Assembly (NCBI GenBank): GCA_963716255.1
Contig: OY970303.1
Coordinates: 2,432,001-2,496,000, forward strand
DNA length: 64,000 nt
Source of the DNA: an uncultured Gemmatimonadales bacterium
GTDB taxonomy: Bacteria > Gemmatimonadota > Gemmatimonadetes > Longimicrobiales > Longimicrobiaceae
Direction of reading: 5' to 3'
Of the stretch, positions 1 through 9,387 are shown one piece after another. The translations under genes and the position numbers were made by a program. Numbering within the stretch: the stretch's first letter is position 1; every line of letters begins with the position of its first letter. The notes under the pieces are model-generated. The model saw only the letters and a list, made by a program, of their open reading frames with translations, ran no database searches and was not told where the DNA came from.

Positions 1-3000
1 TCGTGCCGGCACACCAGCTCGCCCAGGCCGGCCCGCAGCGCCGCCGCGTCCAGCGCGCCGCGCAGCCGCAGCGCGCCCGCCATGTTGTAGGCGGGGCTCC
101 CCGGCTCCAGCCGGTCCATCACCCACAGCCGCTGCTGCGCGAACGACACCGGCAGCGGCCCCTCGCGCGGGGCCCGCCCGATCGGCGGCACCGCCAGGGG
201 AGTGCCGTCGCCCCGCAGCTCCTCGATGCGCGCGGCCAGGGCGGCGATGGTCGGCTCCTCGAACAGCGCGCGCAGCGGCAGCTCGACCTCGAAGGCTACG
301 CGGATGCGCGAGAGCACCTGGGTGCCCAGCAGGGAATGGCCGCCGAGGGCGAAGAAGTCGTCGTGCACGCCCACGCGCTCCGCCCCCAGCACCTGCGTCC
401 AGATCCCGGCCAGGATCTCCTCGACCGGGGTGGAGGGCGGCGCGTACTCCCCGGAGCGGGACGCTCCGGCCACCGGCGCGGGGAGCGCCCGCCGGTCGAT
501 CTTTCCGCTGGGGGTGAGCGGAAGCGACTCCAGCGCCACGAACGCGGACGGCACCATGTACTCCGGCAGCCGCTCGCGAAGCCACGCGCGCAGATCCGCC
601 GCCTCCGGCCGCGCAGCCCCGTCCGTGCCGAGGTGGTAGGCCACCAGGCGCACGCCGCCGCTCCCCTCCGGGCGCGCCGTCACCACCGCCTCCCGCACTT
701 CCGGGTGCGCGCGCAGCACCGCCTCGATCTCCCCCGGCTCGATGCGGAAGCCGCGCAGCTTGACCTGCTCGTCCATGCGCCCCAGGTACTCCAGCTCCCC
801 CCCGGCCAGCCAGCGCGCCCGGTCGCCCGTGCGGTACATCCGCGCGCCCGGCTCCGGAGCGTAGGGATCGGGGACGAACCGCTCCGCCGTCAGCTCCGGC
901 CGCCCGTGGTAGCCGCGCGCCGTGCCGGCTCCGCCCAGGCACAGCTCCCCGGCGATGCCGATGGGAACCGGACTCGCCACCGGGTCCAGCACGTACGCCC
1001 GCGAGTTGGCCACCGGGCGCCCGATGCGCACCCGCTCCGCCCCTCTCTCCACAATGCTCCAGGTGGAGTAGACGGTGTCCTCCGTGGGGCCGTACAGGTT
1101 GAGCACCCGCTCCGTCTCCGGACGGGCGTACAGCTCCCGCGCCAGCCAGGCCGGCAGCGCCTCGCCGGCCAGGTTGAAGGCGCGCACGCTCGCCGGGATG
1201 CCGCCGCTGCGCAGCAGCTCGGCTGCCGCGCTGGGCACCGTCACCACCAGGCGTACGCTCTCGTCCGCCACGCACGGCAGGTCGAGGACGCTCTCCACCA
1301 GCACCAGCGTGCCGCCCCAGCAGATCGTCCCGAAGATCTCGCCCACCGACACGTCGAAGGAGACGGAGGTGGAGCCCAGCACGGCGGCGCGGTCCTCCGG
1401 ACGCACCACCTCGCGCAGGAAGTGCACGACCTGCGAGGCGCTGCGGTGCTCCACGAGCACCCCCTTGGGGCGGCCGGTGGACCCGGAGGTGTACAGCACG
1501 TACGCCAGGTTCGCCGGCCGCGCCGCGGCCGGGGGCGCGGTGTCCGGCTGCTCGGCGATGCGCTCCGCCTCCGCATCCAGCAGCACCCTAAATACGCCCT
1601 CCGGGAGCCGTGCCGCCAGCCGCGCCTGCGACACCACCAGGGCGGCGCCCGCGTCGGCCAGCATGTACTCCAGGCGATCCGCCGGGTAGGCGGGATCCAG
1701 CGGAACGTAGGCGCCACCGGCCTTGAGGATGCCCAGCATCGCCACCAGCATCTGCGGCGTCCGCTCCAGGCACAGACCCACCCGCGCCTCGGGGCCGACG
1801 CCGAGCGCCTGGAGGTGCCAGGCCAGCCGGTTCGCGCTCCGCTCAAGCTCGGCGTACGTGACTGTGCGCCCGCCGTAGCGGAGCGCCGCCGCGTCCGGCG
1901 TGCGGGCGGCCTGCTCCGCGAACAGCTTGTGCAGGCAGCGCTCCGGGTACGCGCGCTCCGTGGCCGTCCACTCCTCCAGAAGCTGCGCCCGCTCCGCCGG
2001 CAGGAGCAGCGGGACCTCCGCCGCGGCGAGCTCCGGGTCGGCCACCACGGCGCGCAGCGTCTCCACCAGGTGCGCGGCCATCCGCTCCACGGTGCCACCG
2101 TCGAACAGGTCCGTGGCGTACTCCAGCGCCGCCGCCAGCGCGCCCCCGCTCCGCTCCCAGGTGTAGAGCGTCAGGTCCACGATCGCCGTGCCGGCGTCCA
2201 GCGGCTCGGGAGACAGGGTCCCGCCGGGGATCTCCACCGGCTCCAGGGTGCCGTGCTGTGGCGCGAGCATCACCTGGAAGAGCGGGTTCCGGCTGAGGTC
2301 GCGCTCGGTCTGCACCTCCTCCACCAGCCGCTCGAACGGCAGGTCCTGCCGGCCGAAGGCCTCCAGCACCGCGGTGCGCGCCCGCCCCAGCAGCGCGCGG
2401 AAGCCCTCCTCCGGCGCCACCTTCACCCGCAGCACCAGCGTGTTGACGAACATCCCGACGAGGCCGGCGACTTCGGACCGGTCGCGGCTGGACACCGTCA
2501 TCCCGACGACGACGTCCTCCTCCCCGCTGTAGCGCGCCAGGAGCAGCTCCCAAGCGGCCAGCAGCGCCATGAACGGCGTCGCCCCCTCACCCCGGGCGAG
2601 CGCGCGCACTCCGTCCATCACCTCCGCCGGCACCTCGAAGCGGTGCGTCGCCCCCCGGAAGCTCTGCACCGGCGGGCGCGGGCGGTCCGTGGGCAGCGCC
2701 AGCGGCGCCACGCCCCGCAGGCGCTCGCGCCAGTAGGCGAGCTGCTCCTCCACCACCTCGCCGCGCAGCGCCTCGCGACGCCGCAGCACCCAGTCGGCGT
2801 ACTGCGCCGGCAGCGGCGGCAGCGGCGAGGGCTCGCCCGCGAGCATGGCCGGGTAGAGCGCGCTCAGCTCCCGCACCAGCACTCCGGCCGACCCCCCGTC
2901 GCTGACGATGTGGTGCATCCCCAGCACCAGCAGGCGCTCGTCAACGTCCAGCCGCAGCAGCCGCGCGCGGAAGAGCGGCCCCGTCTCCAGGTCGAACGGC

Positions 3001-5393
3001 GCGCGCGCCACCGCCTCGGCAGCGCGCCGCGCAGCGCCCTCACGCTGCTGCGGCTCCAGCCGCGACAGGTCCACCTCCGGCAGCGGCAGCGCCCCGGCGG
3101 GCAGCACCCGCTGCACCGGCCGTCCACTGGCGTCGGCGAACACGGTGCGCAGCACGTCGTGCCGGCGCACGATCTCCTCCACACTGCGCCGCAGCGCGCC
3201 CGCGTCCACCGCGCCGCGCACGCGCAGCGCACCGGCCAGGTTGTACGCCGTGCTCCCCGGCAGCAGACGGTCCAGGAACCAGAGCCGCTCCTGCGCGAAC
3301 GACAGCGGCGCCTCCTCCGCCGCCGCGGACGCCGGCACCCCGGCCTCCGCCGCGAAGATCTCCTGGAGGAGCTCCGCCGCCAGCCGGTCGATGCGCGTGT
3401 CGTCCAGCAGCGACGAGATCGGCACCGCCGCCCCCAGGCTCGCCTCAAGCGACCCCTTCAGCTCCATCGCCCGCAGCGAGTCCAGCCCCAGCGCCACCAG
3501 GGGCTGCCCCCGGTCCACTCCCGCCGCATCCAACCCAAGCACCTGCGCCGCACGCTCCACCAGCAGCGCCTCCAGCAGCGTCTGCCGCTCCCCGGCGTCC
3601 GCGGCCTCCAGCCCCTCGCGCGTCAGCCCCGCCGTGACCGGCCGCGCCGCCGCGCTCTCCGTCTCCGCACGCACGCTCTGCCCCACCAGGGGGAGCTCAC
3701 CGGCCAGGAGCTGCGCCCGGCACGCCCGCCGCTGGACCTTGCCGCTGCTCGTCTTCGGCACCCCGCCCGGACGCACCAGCGCCACCCTGTGCACCTGCAC
3801 CCCGTGCTCCGCCGCCACCACCCGCCGGATCGCACCCGCCACCTCCTCCACGTCCGCTCCCGCCACCGCCTGCCGCGACACCTCGTGCACCACCGCCAGG
3901 CGCTCCTCCCCCGCCTCCTCCACGCTGAACGCCGCCCCGCCCCCCGGACGCAGAACCGCGTGGCTCCCCACCGCCGTCGCCTCGATGTCCTGCGGGTAGT
4001 GGTTGCGACCCCGGATCACGATCAGGTCCTTGAGCCGTCCCGTGATGAACAGCTCCCTCTCCCCGTCCACGAACCCCAGGTCCCCCGTGCGCAGGTACGG
4101 CCCCTCCCCCGTCCCCGCCTCGAACGCGCAGAAGGTCTCCGCCGTCGCCTCCGCCCGCCCCCAGTACCCCTGCGCCACGCTCGCCCCCGACACCCACACC
4201 TCCCCCACCCGGTCCGGCGCGCACTCCCGCAGCGTCCCCGGGTCCACGATCCGCACCCGCTGCGACGCCGCGCTCCGACCGCTCCCCACCAGGCGGTACT
4301 TCCCCTCCGCCTCCACCTCGCGCACCACCCCCTCCCCCAGCGCCTCCGCGTCCATCGCGCGCTCCACCGGCAGCTCCGCCGGCTGGCTGCCCGTGACCAT
4401 CAGCGTCGCCTCCGCCAGGCCGTAGCACGCGAAGAACGCACGCGTCCGGAACCCGCTCGGCTCGAAGGCCTCCGCGAACGCACGCAGCGTCTCCGCCCGC
4501 ACCGGCTCCGCACCGTTGAAGGCGATCTCCCAGTGGCTCAGGTCCAGCGCCGCACGCTCCTCCGGGCGCATGCCGTGCACGCACAGGTCGTAGGCGAAGT
4601 TGGGTCCCCCGCTGCTGGTGGCCTGGTAGCGCGAGATCGCCTCCAGCCACCGCGCCGGACGCTGGATGAACGCCACCGGAGAGAACAGCGCCGCCCAGTA
4701 CCCGGTGAACAGCGGCTGGAGGATCCCGCCGATCAGCCCCATGTCGTGGTAGGGCGGCAGCCAGATGACCGAGCGCGTCTGCGGCGTGTAGCCGCAGAAG
4801 CCCTCGATCACCGCGAAGTTGTGCAGCAGGTTGCCGTGAGAGACCATCACCCCCTTGGGCGCGGCCGTCGAGCCCGAGGTGTACTGGAGGAAGGCAAGCG
4901 TGTCGCCACCCGCCTGCGGATCGGTCCACCCTTCCGCCTCGTCGGCGGGGACGACCTCGGTCGCCAGCCAGCGCAGCCCGGCCAGCTCCGGGGTGTGGGC
5001 GCACAGCCGCTCCGCCTCGCCCAGCAGCTCGGGCGTGGTCAGCGCCAGCGCGGGCCGGCAGTCGGCGACGATGCTCTGCAGGCGCGGATCGGGCTTGTTG
5101 CGGCGTGGCGGGTAGGCGGGAACCGCGGTGACGCCGGCGTAGAAGCAGCCGAAGAGGGCGGCGACGTACTCCAGCCCCGGCGGGTAGAGCAGGAGCGCGC
5201 GTTCGCCGCGGGCGCCGAGCGCCTGGAGGCGGGCGGCCACGGCGCGGCCCCGAAGGTCCAGCTCGCCGTAGGTGACGTGTCCCTCCTCCACCTCGCCGTC
5301 GAGCAGAAAGGTGTAGGCGATCCGGTCCGGGTCCGCCTCCGCGCGCATGCGGAGGAGCTCGACGAGCGTGGACGTATCACGAGAAATCGGCAT
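1..5393 (-). CDS. Non-ribosomal peptide synthetase, FAAL-ACP-C-A-PCP-C(partial); 3' part is outside the window
   Basis: Own minus-strand translation from ATG at 5393 (MPISRDTSTLVELL...): FAAL motifs AFLQYTSGSTAAPKG and WLPPYHDMGLIGG, ACP LGLDSL, C domain HHIVSDG, A domain YTSGSTGRPKG/NLYGPTE/YRTGD, PCP FFALGGHSL, then a second C-domain start SFAQQRLW. Not in the ORF track because there is no stop in the window. Confidence 0.95.
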   Translation of the reverse strand, partial: MPISRDTSTLVELLRMRAEADPDRIAYTFLLDGEVEEGHVTYGELDLRGRAVAARLQALGARGERALLLYPPGLEYVAALFGCFYAGVTAVPAYPPRRNKPDPRLQSIVADCRPALALTTPELLGEAERLCAHTPELAGLRWLATEVVPADEAEGWTDPQAGGDTLAFLQYTSGSTAAPKGVMVSHGNLLHNFAVIEGFCGYTPQTRSVIWLPPYHDMGLIGGILQPLFTGYWAALFSPVAFIQRPARWLEAISRYQATSSGGPNFAYDLCVHGMRPEERAALDLSHWEIAFNGAEPVRAETLRAFAEAFEPSGFRTRAFFACYGLAEATLMVTGSQPAELPVERAMDAEALGEGVVREVEAEGKYRLVGSGRSAASQRVRIVDPGTLRECAPDRVGEVWVSGASVAQGYWGRAEATAETFCAFEAGTGEGPYLRTGDLGFVDGERELFITGRLKDLIVIRGRNHYPQDIEATAVGSHAVLRPGGGAAFSVEEAGEERLAVVHEVSRQAVAGADVEEVAGAIRRVVAAEHGVQVHRVALVRPGGVPKTSSGKVQRRACRAQLLAGELPLVGQSVRAETESAAARPVTAGLTREGLEAADAGERQTLLEALLVERAAQVLGLDAAGVDRGQPLVALGLDSLRAMELKGSLEASLGAAVPISSLLDDTRIDRLAAELLQEIFAAEAGVPASAAAEEAPLSFAQERLWFLDRLLPGSTAYNLAGALRVRGAVDAGALRRSVEEIVRRHDVLRTVFADASGRPVQRVLPAGALPLPEVDLSRLEPQQREGAARRAAEAVARAPFDLETGPLFRARLLRLDVDERLLVLGMHHIVSDGGSAGVLVRELSALYPAMLAGEPSPLPPLPAQYADWVLRRREALRGEVVEEQLAYWRERLRGVAPLALPTDRPRPPVQSFRGATHRFEVPAEVMDGVRALARGEGATPFMALLAAWELLLARYSGEEDVVVGMTVSSRDRSEVAGLVGMFVNTLVLRVKVAPEEGFRALLGRARTAVLEAFGRQDLPFERLVEEVQTERDLSRNPLFQVMLAPQHGTLEPVEIPGGTLSPEPLDAGTAIVDLTLYTWERSGGALAAALEYATDLFDGGTVERMAAHLVETLRAVVADPELAAAEVPLLLPAERAQLLEEWTATERAYPERCLHKLFAEQAARTPDAAALRYGGRTVTYAELERSANRLAWHLQALGVGPEARVGLCLERTPQMLVAMLGILKAGGAYVPLDPAYPADRLEYMLADAGAALVVSQARLAARLPEGVFRVLLDAEAERIAEQPDTAPPAAARPANLAYVLYTSGSTGRPKGVLVEHRSASQVVHFLREVVRPEDRAAVLGSTSVSFDVSVGEIFGTICWGGTLVLVESVLDLPCVADESVRLVVTVPSAAAELLRSGGIPASVRAFNLAGEALPAWLARELYARPETERVLNLYGPTEDTVYSTWSIVERGAERVRIGRPVANSRAYVLDPVASPVPIGIAGELCLGGAGTARGYHGRPELTAERFVPDPYAPEPGARMYRTGDRARWLAGGELEYLGRMDEQVKLRGFRIEPGEIEAVLRAHPEVREAVVTARPEGSGGVRLVAYHLGTDGAARPEAADLRAWLRERLPEYMVPSAFVALESLPLTPSGKIDRRALPAPVAGASRSGEYAPPSTPVEEILAGIWTQVLGAERVGVHDDFFALGGHSLLGTQVLSRIRVAFEVELPLRALFEEPTIAALAARIEELRGDGTPLAVPPIGRAPREGPLPVSFAQQRLWVMDRLEPGSPAYNMAGALRLRGALDAAALRAGLGELVCRH

Positions 5394-5829
5394 CGGTGCC
5401 GGAAGCACATGGGTGAACGGAGGGAAGCGACAGGCCGGGGTACTTCCACGGGGCGATGCCGAGACCGCTGCGGGCAATCCCCCTCCCGCGCATACCGCCC
5501 CCTTGGGGAAGGGATACGATGGCCAATGCGCGAGGTGGGCCACCGGATGTGCTCTACCGGATCATCCAATAACGTTCAAGCTCAACGATCTGTCATTACG
5601 CAACCGCATAATATAGGACTTTAACTCGCAGTCAAGCGCGATTTGTTCCTTATCGGAAACTGAGCCACAACGGCTGTCGAGCATCCCCGAGCGGCCCTGA
5701 AGCCCTGGCTACCACCTGGAACTGCCTGCCGGAGCCACAGGGGCGGACGCCAGGCTGGGCGAAAGCACGAAGCGCGATGGCCCCGGCACCGGTTTCCGGT
5801 GTCGAGGCCATCGTGCTGCAATTCCGCCG

Positions 5830-6045
5830 TGCCCTGCCGACCACCACGCCTGGGCTGGGGTTATGACTTCAGGACCGAGCAGGTCTGCGTCGGCTGGATC
5901 CGCCGCTTCGTGCCCTTCCGCGGCAAGCGCCATCCCCGCGAGATGGGCGCGGAGGAGATCCGGGGCTTCCTATCGGACCTCGCCGTGCACCGCCGGGGCT
6001 CCGCTTCCACCGAGCGGCAGGCCTTCTCCGCCTTCGTACCTTGCT
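5830..6045 (+). pseudogene. intI: Integron integrase N-terminal (SAM-like) fragment
   Basis: Translation YDFRTEQVCVGWIRRFVPFRGKRHPREMGAEEIRGFLSDLAVHRRGSASTERQAFSA matches the IntI N-terminal pattern (RTEQAY..WIRRF..FH.KRHP.EMG..E...FL..LA......STQ.QAL.A). No catalytic domain follows. Confidence 0.8.
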
Positions 6046-6055
6046 CTTTGAAAAG

Positions 6056-6092
6056 AAAAGGCCCCCACACCGGATCGGCGTCCGGGCCTTTT
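6056..6092. terminator. Hairpin with A/T tails, probable intrinsic terminator
   Basis: AAAAGGCCC...GGGCCTTTT. Confidence 0.55.
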
Positions 6093-6150
6093 CAGCTCCC
6101 GGGTACAGGCCAACGGCCTACCTTCTATAGAGCGAGTTGAAGAACGGCTT
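6058..6150 (-). repeat. Diverged copy of the M14 peptidase 3' end plus downstream hairpin (att-like; partner 9326-9420)
   Basis: 6113-6150 vs 9383-9420 are 32/38 identical; they encode KPFFNSLYRR* vs KPFLNSLYRR*. Similarity continues through the hairpin. Confidence 0.8.
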
Positions 6151-6401
6151 CAGCGCAGGGCGCAGGCTCTCCACAGATCAAGAGATTGGCAGTCAGCGGG
6201 TTACCATCGCACCTGACGTCCTTTCCTACGGACCCGCGCTACACTCGGCGTGGCAAACAGGAATCTGCGACAACCCTCCAGCTGGCTTGGTCGGCAGGCG
6301 GACGTGCTCAGCCTTGCCAGAGATCCCATTAATTCCAATATTGGAACTACCGCACATGGAACTACCAGGGGTGGAACAAACTGTCTTACATGGAATCGTA
6401 G

Positions 6402-7814
6402 ATGAATAAGCCAGCGGAGATCCTGGACCGAGAGTCCGAGTGGGCAGAGCTCGCCCGCATTTGGAAACGCAGGGGGCCAGATCTCCTGTTCGTTCTTGGA
6501 CGCCGACGGGTGGGCAAGAGTTACCTGCTGGGGCGATTCGCGCGCGAGGTACAGGGAATCTACTACCAGGCCACCAAGCGGACGGAGAGCGAGCAGCTCC
6601 TCCGACTCTCTTCCATCGTGGGCACCCACTTCGGAGATCCCGCACTCCAGCGCGGAGTCCCCTTCCCCGACTGGGAATCACTCTTTGAGTACGTCACGGA
6701 CCGAGCCGCCAGCGAGCCGTTTCTCATCGTCCTGGACGAGTTCCCGTACCTCTCCGCCAGCGCTCCCGCTCTGCCCTCAATCCTCCAGGCGCTCTGGGAC
6801 CATCGCTGGCCCGACACCCGGATCAAGCTGGTCCTGAGCGGCTCGCACATCACGGCCATGCGCCAGCTCGAGGAAGCCGACCAGCCGCTCTACGGACGCC
6901 GCACAGGCCGTATCGATGTCGAGCCCTTCGACTACCTCAACGCCGCGAGGTTCCTCCCCGGCTACCCGGTGGAGGACCGCCTGCGTGCGTACGGAATCTT
7001 CGGGGGCATCCCCGGCCACCTGACCCTGATGGACCCGGAGGAGCCACTCGCCAAGAACGCGGCCGACCACATCCTCCAGCCCTCAGGGCGGCTGCTGGAC
7101 GAAGCGCAGCATATGCTGGACGCCTTCCTGGCGGATGCGCAGGTCCACTATTCCATCATCGAAGCCATTGCCAACGGCGAACGGACCTGGCAGGGGATCA
7201 CCAAGAGAGTGGGGCGGGACGGAGGCTCCCTGAGTCGCGCGGTGCAGTGGCTGATCGGGATGCGGCTCCTGGAGCGCGTGGTGCCGATCACGGAGTCGAA
7301 CCCCGCGAAGTCGAAGCGCGCCGTCTACCGGATCACGGATCCCTACGTGGCTTTCTGGCACCGCTTCGTCTCACCAATGATCAGCGCGGGGATGGTCGGC
7401 CTCGCATCCGGCGAGCGGCTGTGGGAGCATCAGATCGCGCCCCGGCTCGACGACTACATGGGTCCGGTCTTCGAGGGTGTGTGCCGGTCGTTCGTGAGGC
7501 GCACGGACCGGCTCCCGTTCGCTCCGCTCCGCGTCGGCGAGTGGTGGGACGCGGATTCGCGGAACGAGATCGACGTGGTCGCGATCGGGGGTGACGGGGA
7601 GCTTTTGCTCGGGGAATGCAAGTGGGGAACGGTTCGACTTAGCGATCTGAGGACGCTCCAGGCCCGGGCCGATCTCATCGCGCGGGAGCTGACCGGGGTG
7701 CGGACGGTGCACTTCGCGCTGTTCTCCAGGGGGGAGCTGCCACCGGAGCTGCGAGCGGAGGTGGACACGGGGCGGGTGCTCCACTTCTCCGCGGAGGACC
7801 TGTACACGCCATGA
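6402..7814 (+). CDS. P-loop ATPase (archaeal-type/ATPase_2) with wHTH and C-terminal DUF234-like PD-(D/E)xK domain
   Basis: Walker A GRRRVGKS, Walker B IVLDEFPYL, GGIPGHL, C-terminal EIDVVA...GECKW. Confidence 0.9.
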   Translation: MNKPAEILDRESEWAELARIWKRRGPDLLFVLGRRRVGKSYLLGRFAREVQGIYYQATKRTESEQLLRLSSIVGTHFGDPALQRGVPFPDWESLFEYVTDRAASEPFLIVLDEFPYLSASAPALPSILQALWDHRWPDTRIKLVLSGSHITAMRQLEEADQPLYGRRTGRIDVEPFDYLNAARFLPGYPVEDRLRAYGIFGGIPGHLTLMDPEEPLAKNAADHILQPSGRLLDEAQHMLDAFLADAQVHYSIIEAIANGERTWQGITKRVGRDGGSLSRAVQWLIGMRLLERVVPITESNPAKSKRAVYRITDPYVAFWHRFVSPMISAGMVGLASGERLWEHQIAPRLDDYMGPVFEGVCRSFVRRTDRLPFAPLRVGEWWDADSRNEIDVVAIGGDGELLLGECKWGTVRLSDLRTLQARADLIARELTGVRTVHFALFSRGELPPELRAEVDTGRVLHFSAEDLYTP

Positions 7815-7825
7815 GCGAAGCTCCG

Positions 7826-8320
7826 TGGTTGAACGCGGCGAACCCGCTTCGACCGGCCGCAGCGGGTCGGGACGTGCCAGGCCCATCCGATGCAGGCGGC
7901 GATGCCCAGCAAGGCGACCGCGGCGGTCCGTCCGGGAAGCCTCCCGCGGAGGAGCAGCACGACGAGCGCGCGCCGAACGCGGTGGCCTGCGCGACGTCCG
8001 ACTGAAGCGAGCATCACGAGCGCCGCCCCGCCGAGCAGGGGAACTAGCCAGCTGCCTGGATCCTTCCCGCGCCCCCGCACCCGCCCTCCCAGTGCGAGGA
8101 TGAGCACGGGCAGCACGATCGCACCAGCATGCAGGCGCACGGGTCTGGCACATCCGCAGCGAGGGGAGAGAGCGGGCGGTAGCCAGGATCGCGCAGACGC
8201 CGGTAAGCAGCAGGCCGACGGCCAGGTTCTGCGCCCAGAGCACCGGAGCCACGCCAGCTTGGTGCATGAGCAGGGCCCCAGCACCAGCGCCGGCAGGGGG
8301 CCAAGAGGCACAGCCCACGA
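7826..8320 (-). pseudogene. Probably frameshifted membrane-protein remnant
   Basis: Hydrophobic segments are spread over two or more minus frames (MHQAGVAPVLWAQNLAVGLLL...; VLPVLILALGG...; ARPDPLRPVE). Confidence 0.35.
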
Positions 8321-8403
8321 CGTACCGGGGAGGACGCGGAAGCGATGCTGGCCGTGCGCACGATGTGGATGGGCGCTGAGAGAGGGATTGCGTGAGGATC
8401 CGC

Positions 8404-9129
8404 TTAGAATTCCCTGATCACTGGCAACGGATCTATCTCGTCCTGATGCGCCTCGTCCGGGCTGGAGGAGGCCAATATCCCAGCAAAGTAGGTGATCTCT
8501 GCAGCACGGTAGAGATGCTGTGCGTCAGGATCACTCCTATAGCGATGAAGATAGTTCTCCTGTATGCGACTCAGTTGCTCAAACAGCACTTCATAGCCCT
8601 CAATGAATCCGCTCTGTTCCGGAAACAGAACATGAAGTACGAATGCTGCTTCAGCTGCGGTCTCCCAAGCAAATGAATGGCCGTATGCAAGACCTTCTTT
8701 AATGTGTTCCCTGACAAATGATTCCAGCTTTGGCCTCCAGCAGTGCGGGATCGGAACAATCTCATTCGAAAGCATTCGAATCATTGAAGCTGTGAATGGG
8801 TCCTCAGGATATACCCAAGGAAACTGGCCTCGAATCACCTCAAGCTCCGAATACCGCTCCTTCAGCTTGCGAAGTAGATCAGCTTGAGGGGCCCCAGAAT
8901 CCGAGTCCGAAAACAGGGTCAGCAGCATGTGGAATGCAACAGCAGAACGCCAAACAACTCGGTTATGACTCTGCTGCGCCAAGACCGCCACGACAGATTC
9001 TTTCTCGTTTAACAATCTCGCCCTCATCTCTTGGATGGCTCTCGGAACGCACAAGCACGAGTGAGGGTCCTCAATTTGGAGGGTCCTGATATCGATGTTC
9101 CCTTGGACACTGAGCGCTTTGAGTGGCAT
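8404..9129 (-). CDS. Hypothetical protein, lower GC, possibly 5'-truncated
   Basis: 241-aa ORF with normal protein-like composition in a visibly AT-richer stretch. Confidence 0.6.
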   Translation of the reverse strand: MPLKALSVQGNIDIRTLQIEDPHSCLCVPRAIQEMRARLLNEKESVVAVLAQQSHNRVVWRSAVAFHMLLTLFSDSDSGAPQADLLRKLKERYSELEVIRGQFPWVYPEDPFTASMIRMLSNEIVPIPHCWRPKLESFVREHIKEGLAYGHSFAWETAAEAAFVLHVLFPEQSGFIEGYEVLFEQLSRIQENYLHRYRSDPDAQHLYRAAEITYFAGILASSSPDEAHQDEIDPLPVIREF

Positions 9130-9387
9130 TGCTTACGCAACCTAATGCTAAGCTTAGATGGCTCACAGTCGGTGCGGGACGTGGACCGCCAACCTGCCTT
9201 TTGCGAAAGAGTTACGCTGTCGCAAGCTAGACATTGCGGGTCCTGCCGCAATCTGTGTCCCGCCACCCTCGCCCGCAAGCTGGATGACTCCACCCAAGTC
9301 GCTGGACCCGCCTTTTGAATAGCAATGGCCCCGACGCCGAATCCGGCGCCTGGGCCTTCGCTCAGCTCGCAGATACGGACTCACGGG

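Noticed and set aside
3..5624. 1873-aa plus-strand ORF and other very long R/G/P-rich ORFs (e.g. 9325-14580 5' part, 49865-53215, 54441-57839)
   Set aside because: Antisense or off-frame shadows of real genes in high-GC DNA, with no recognisable motifs.
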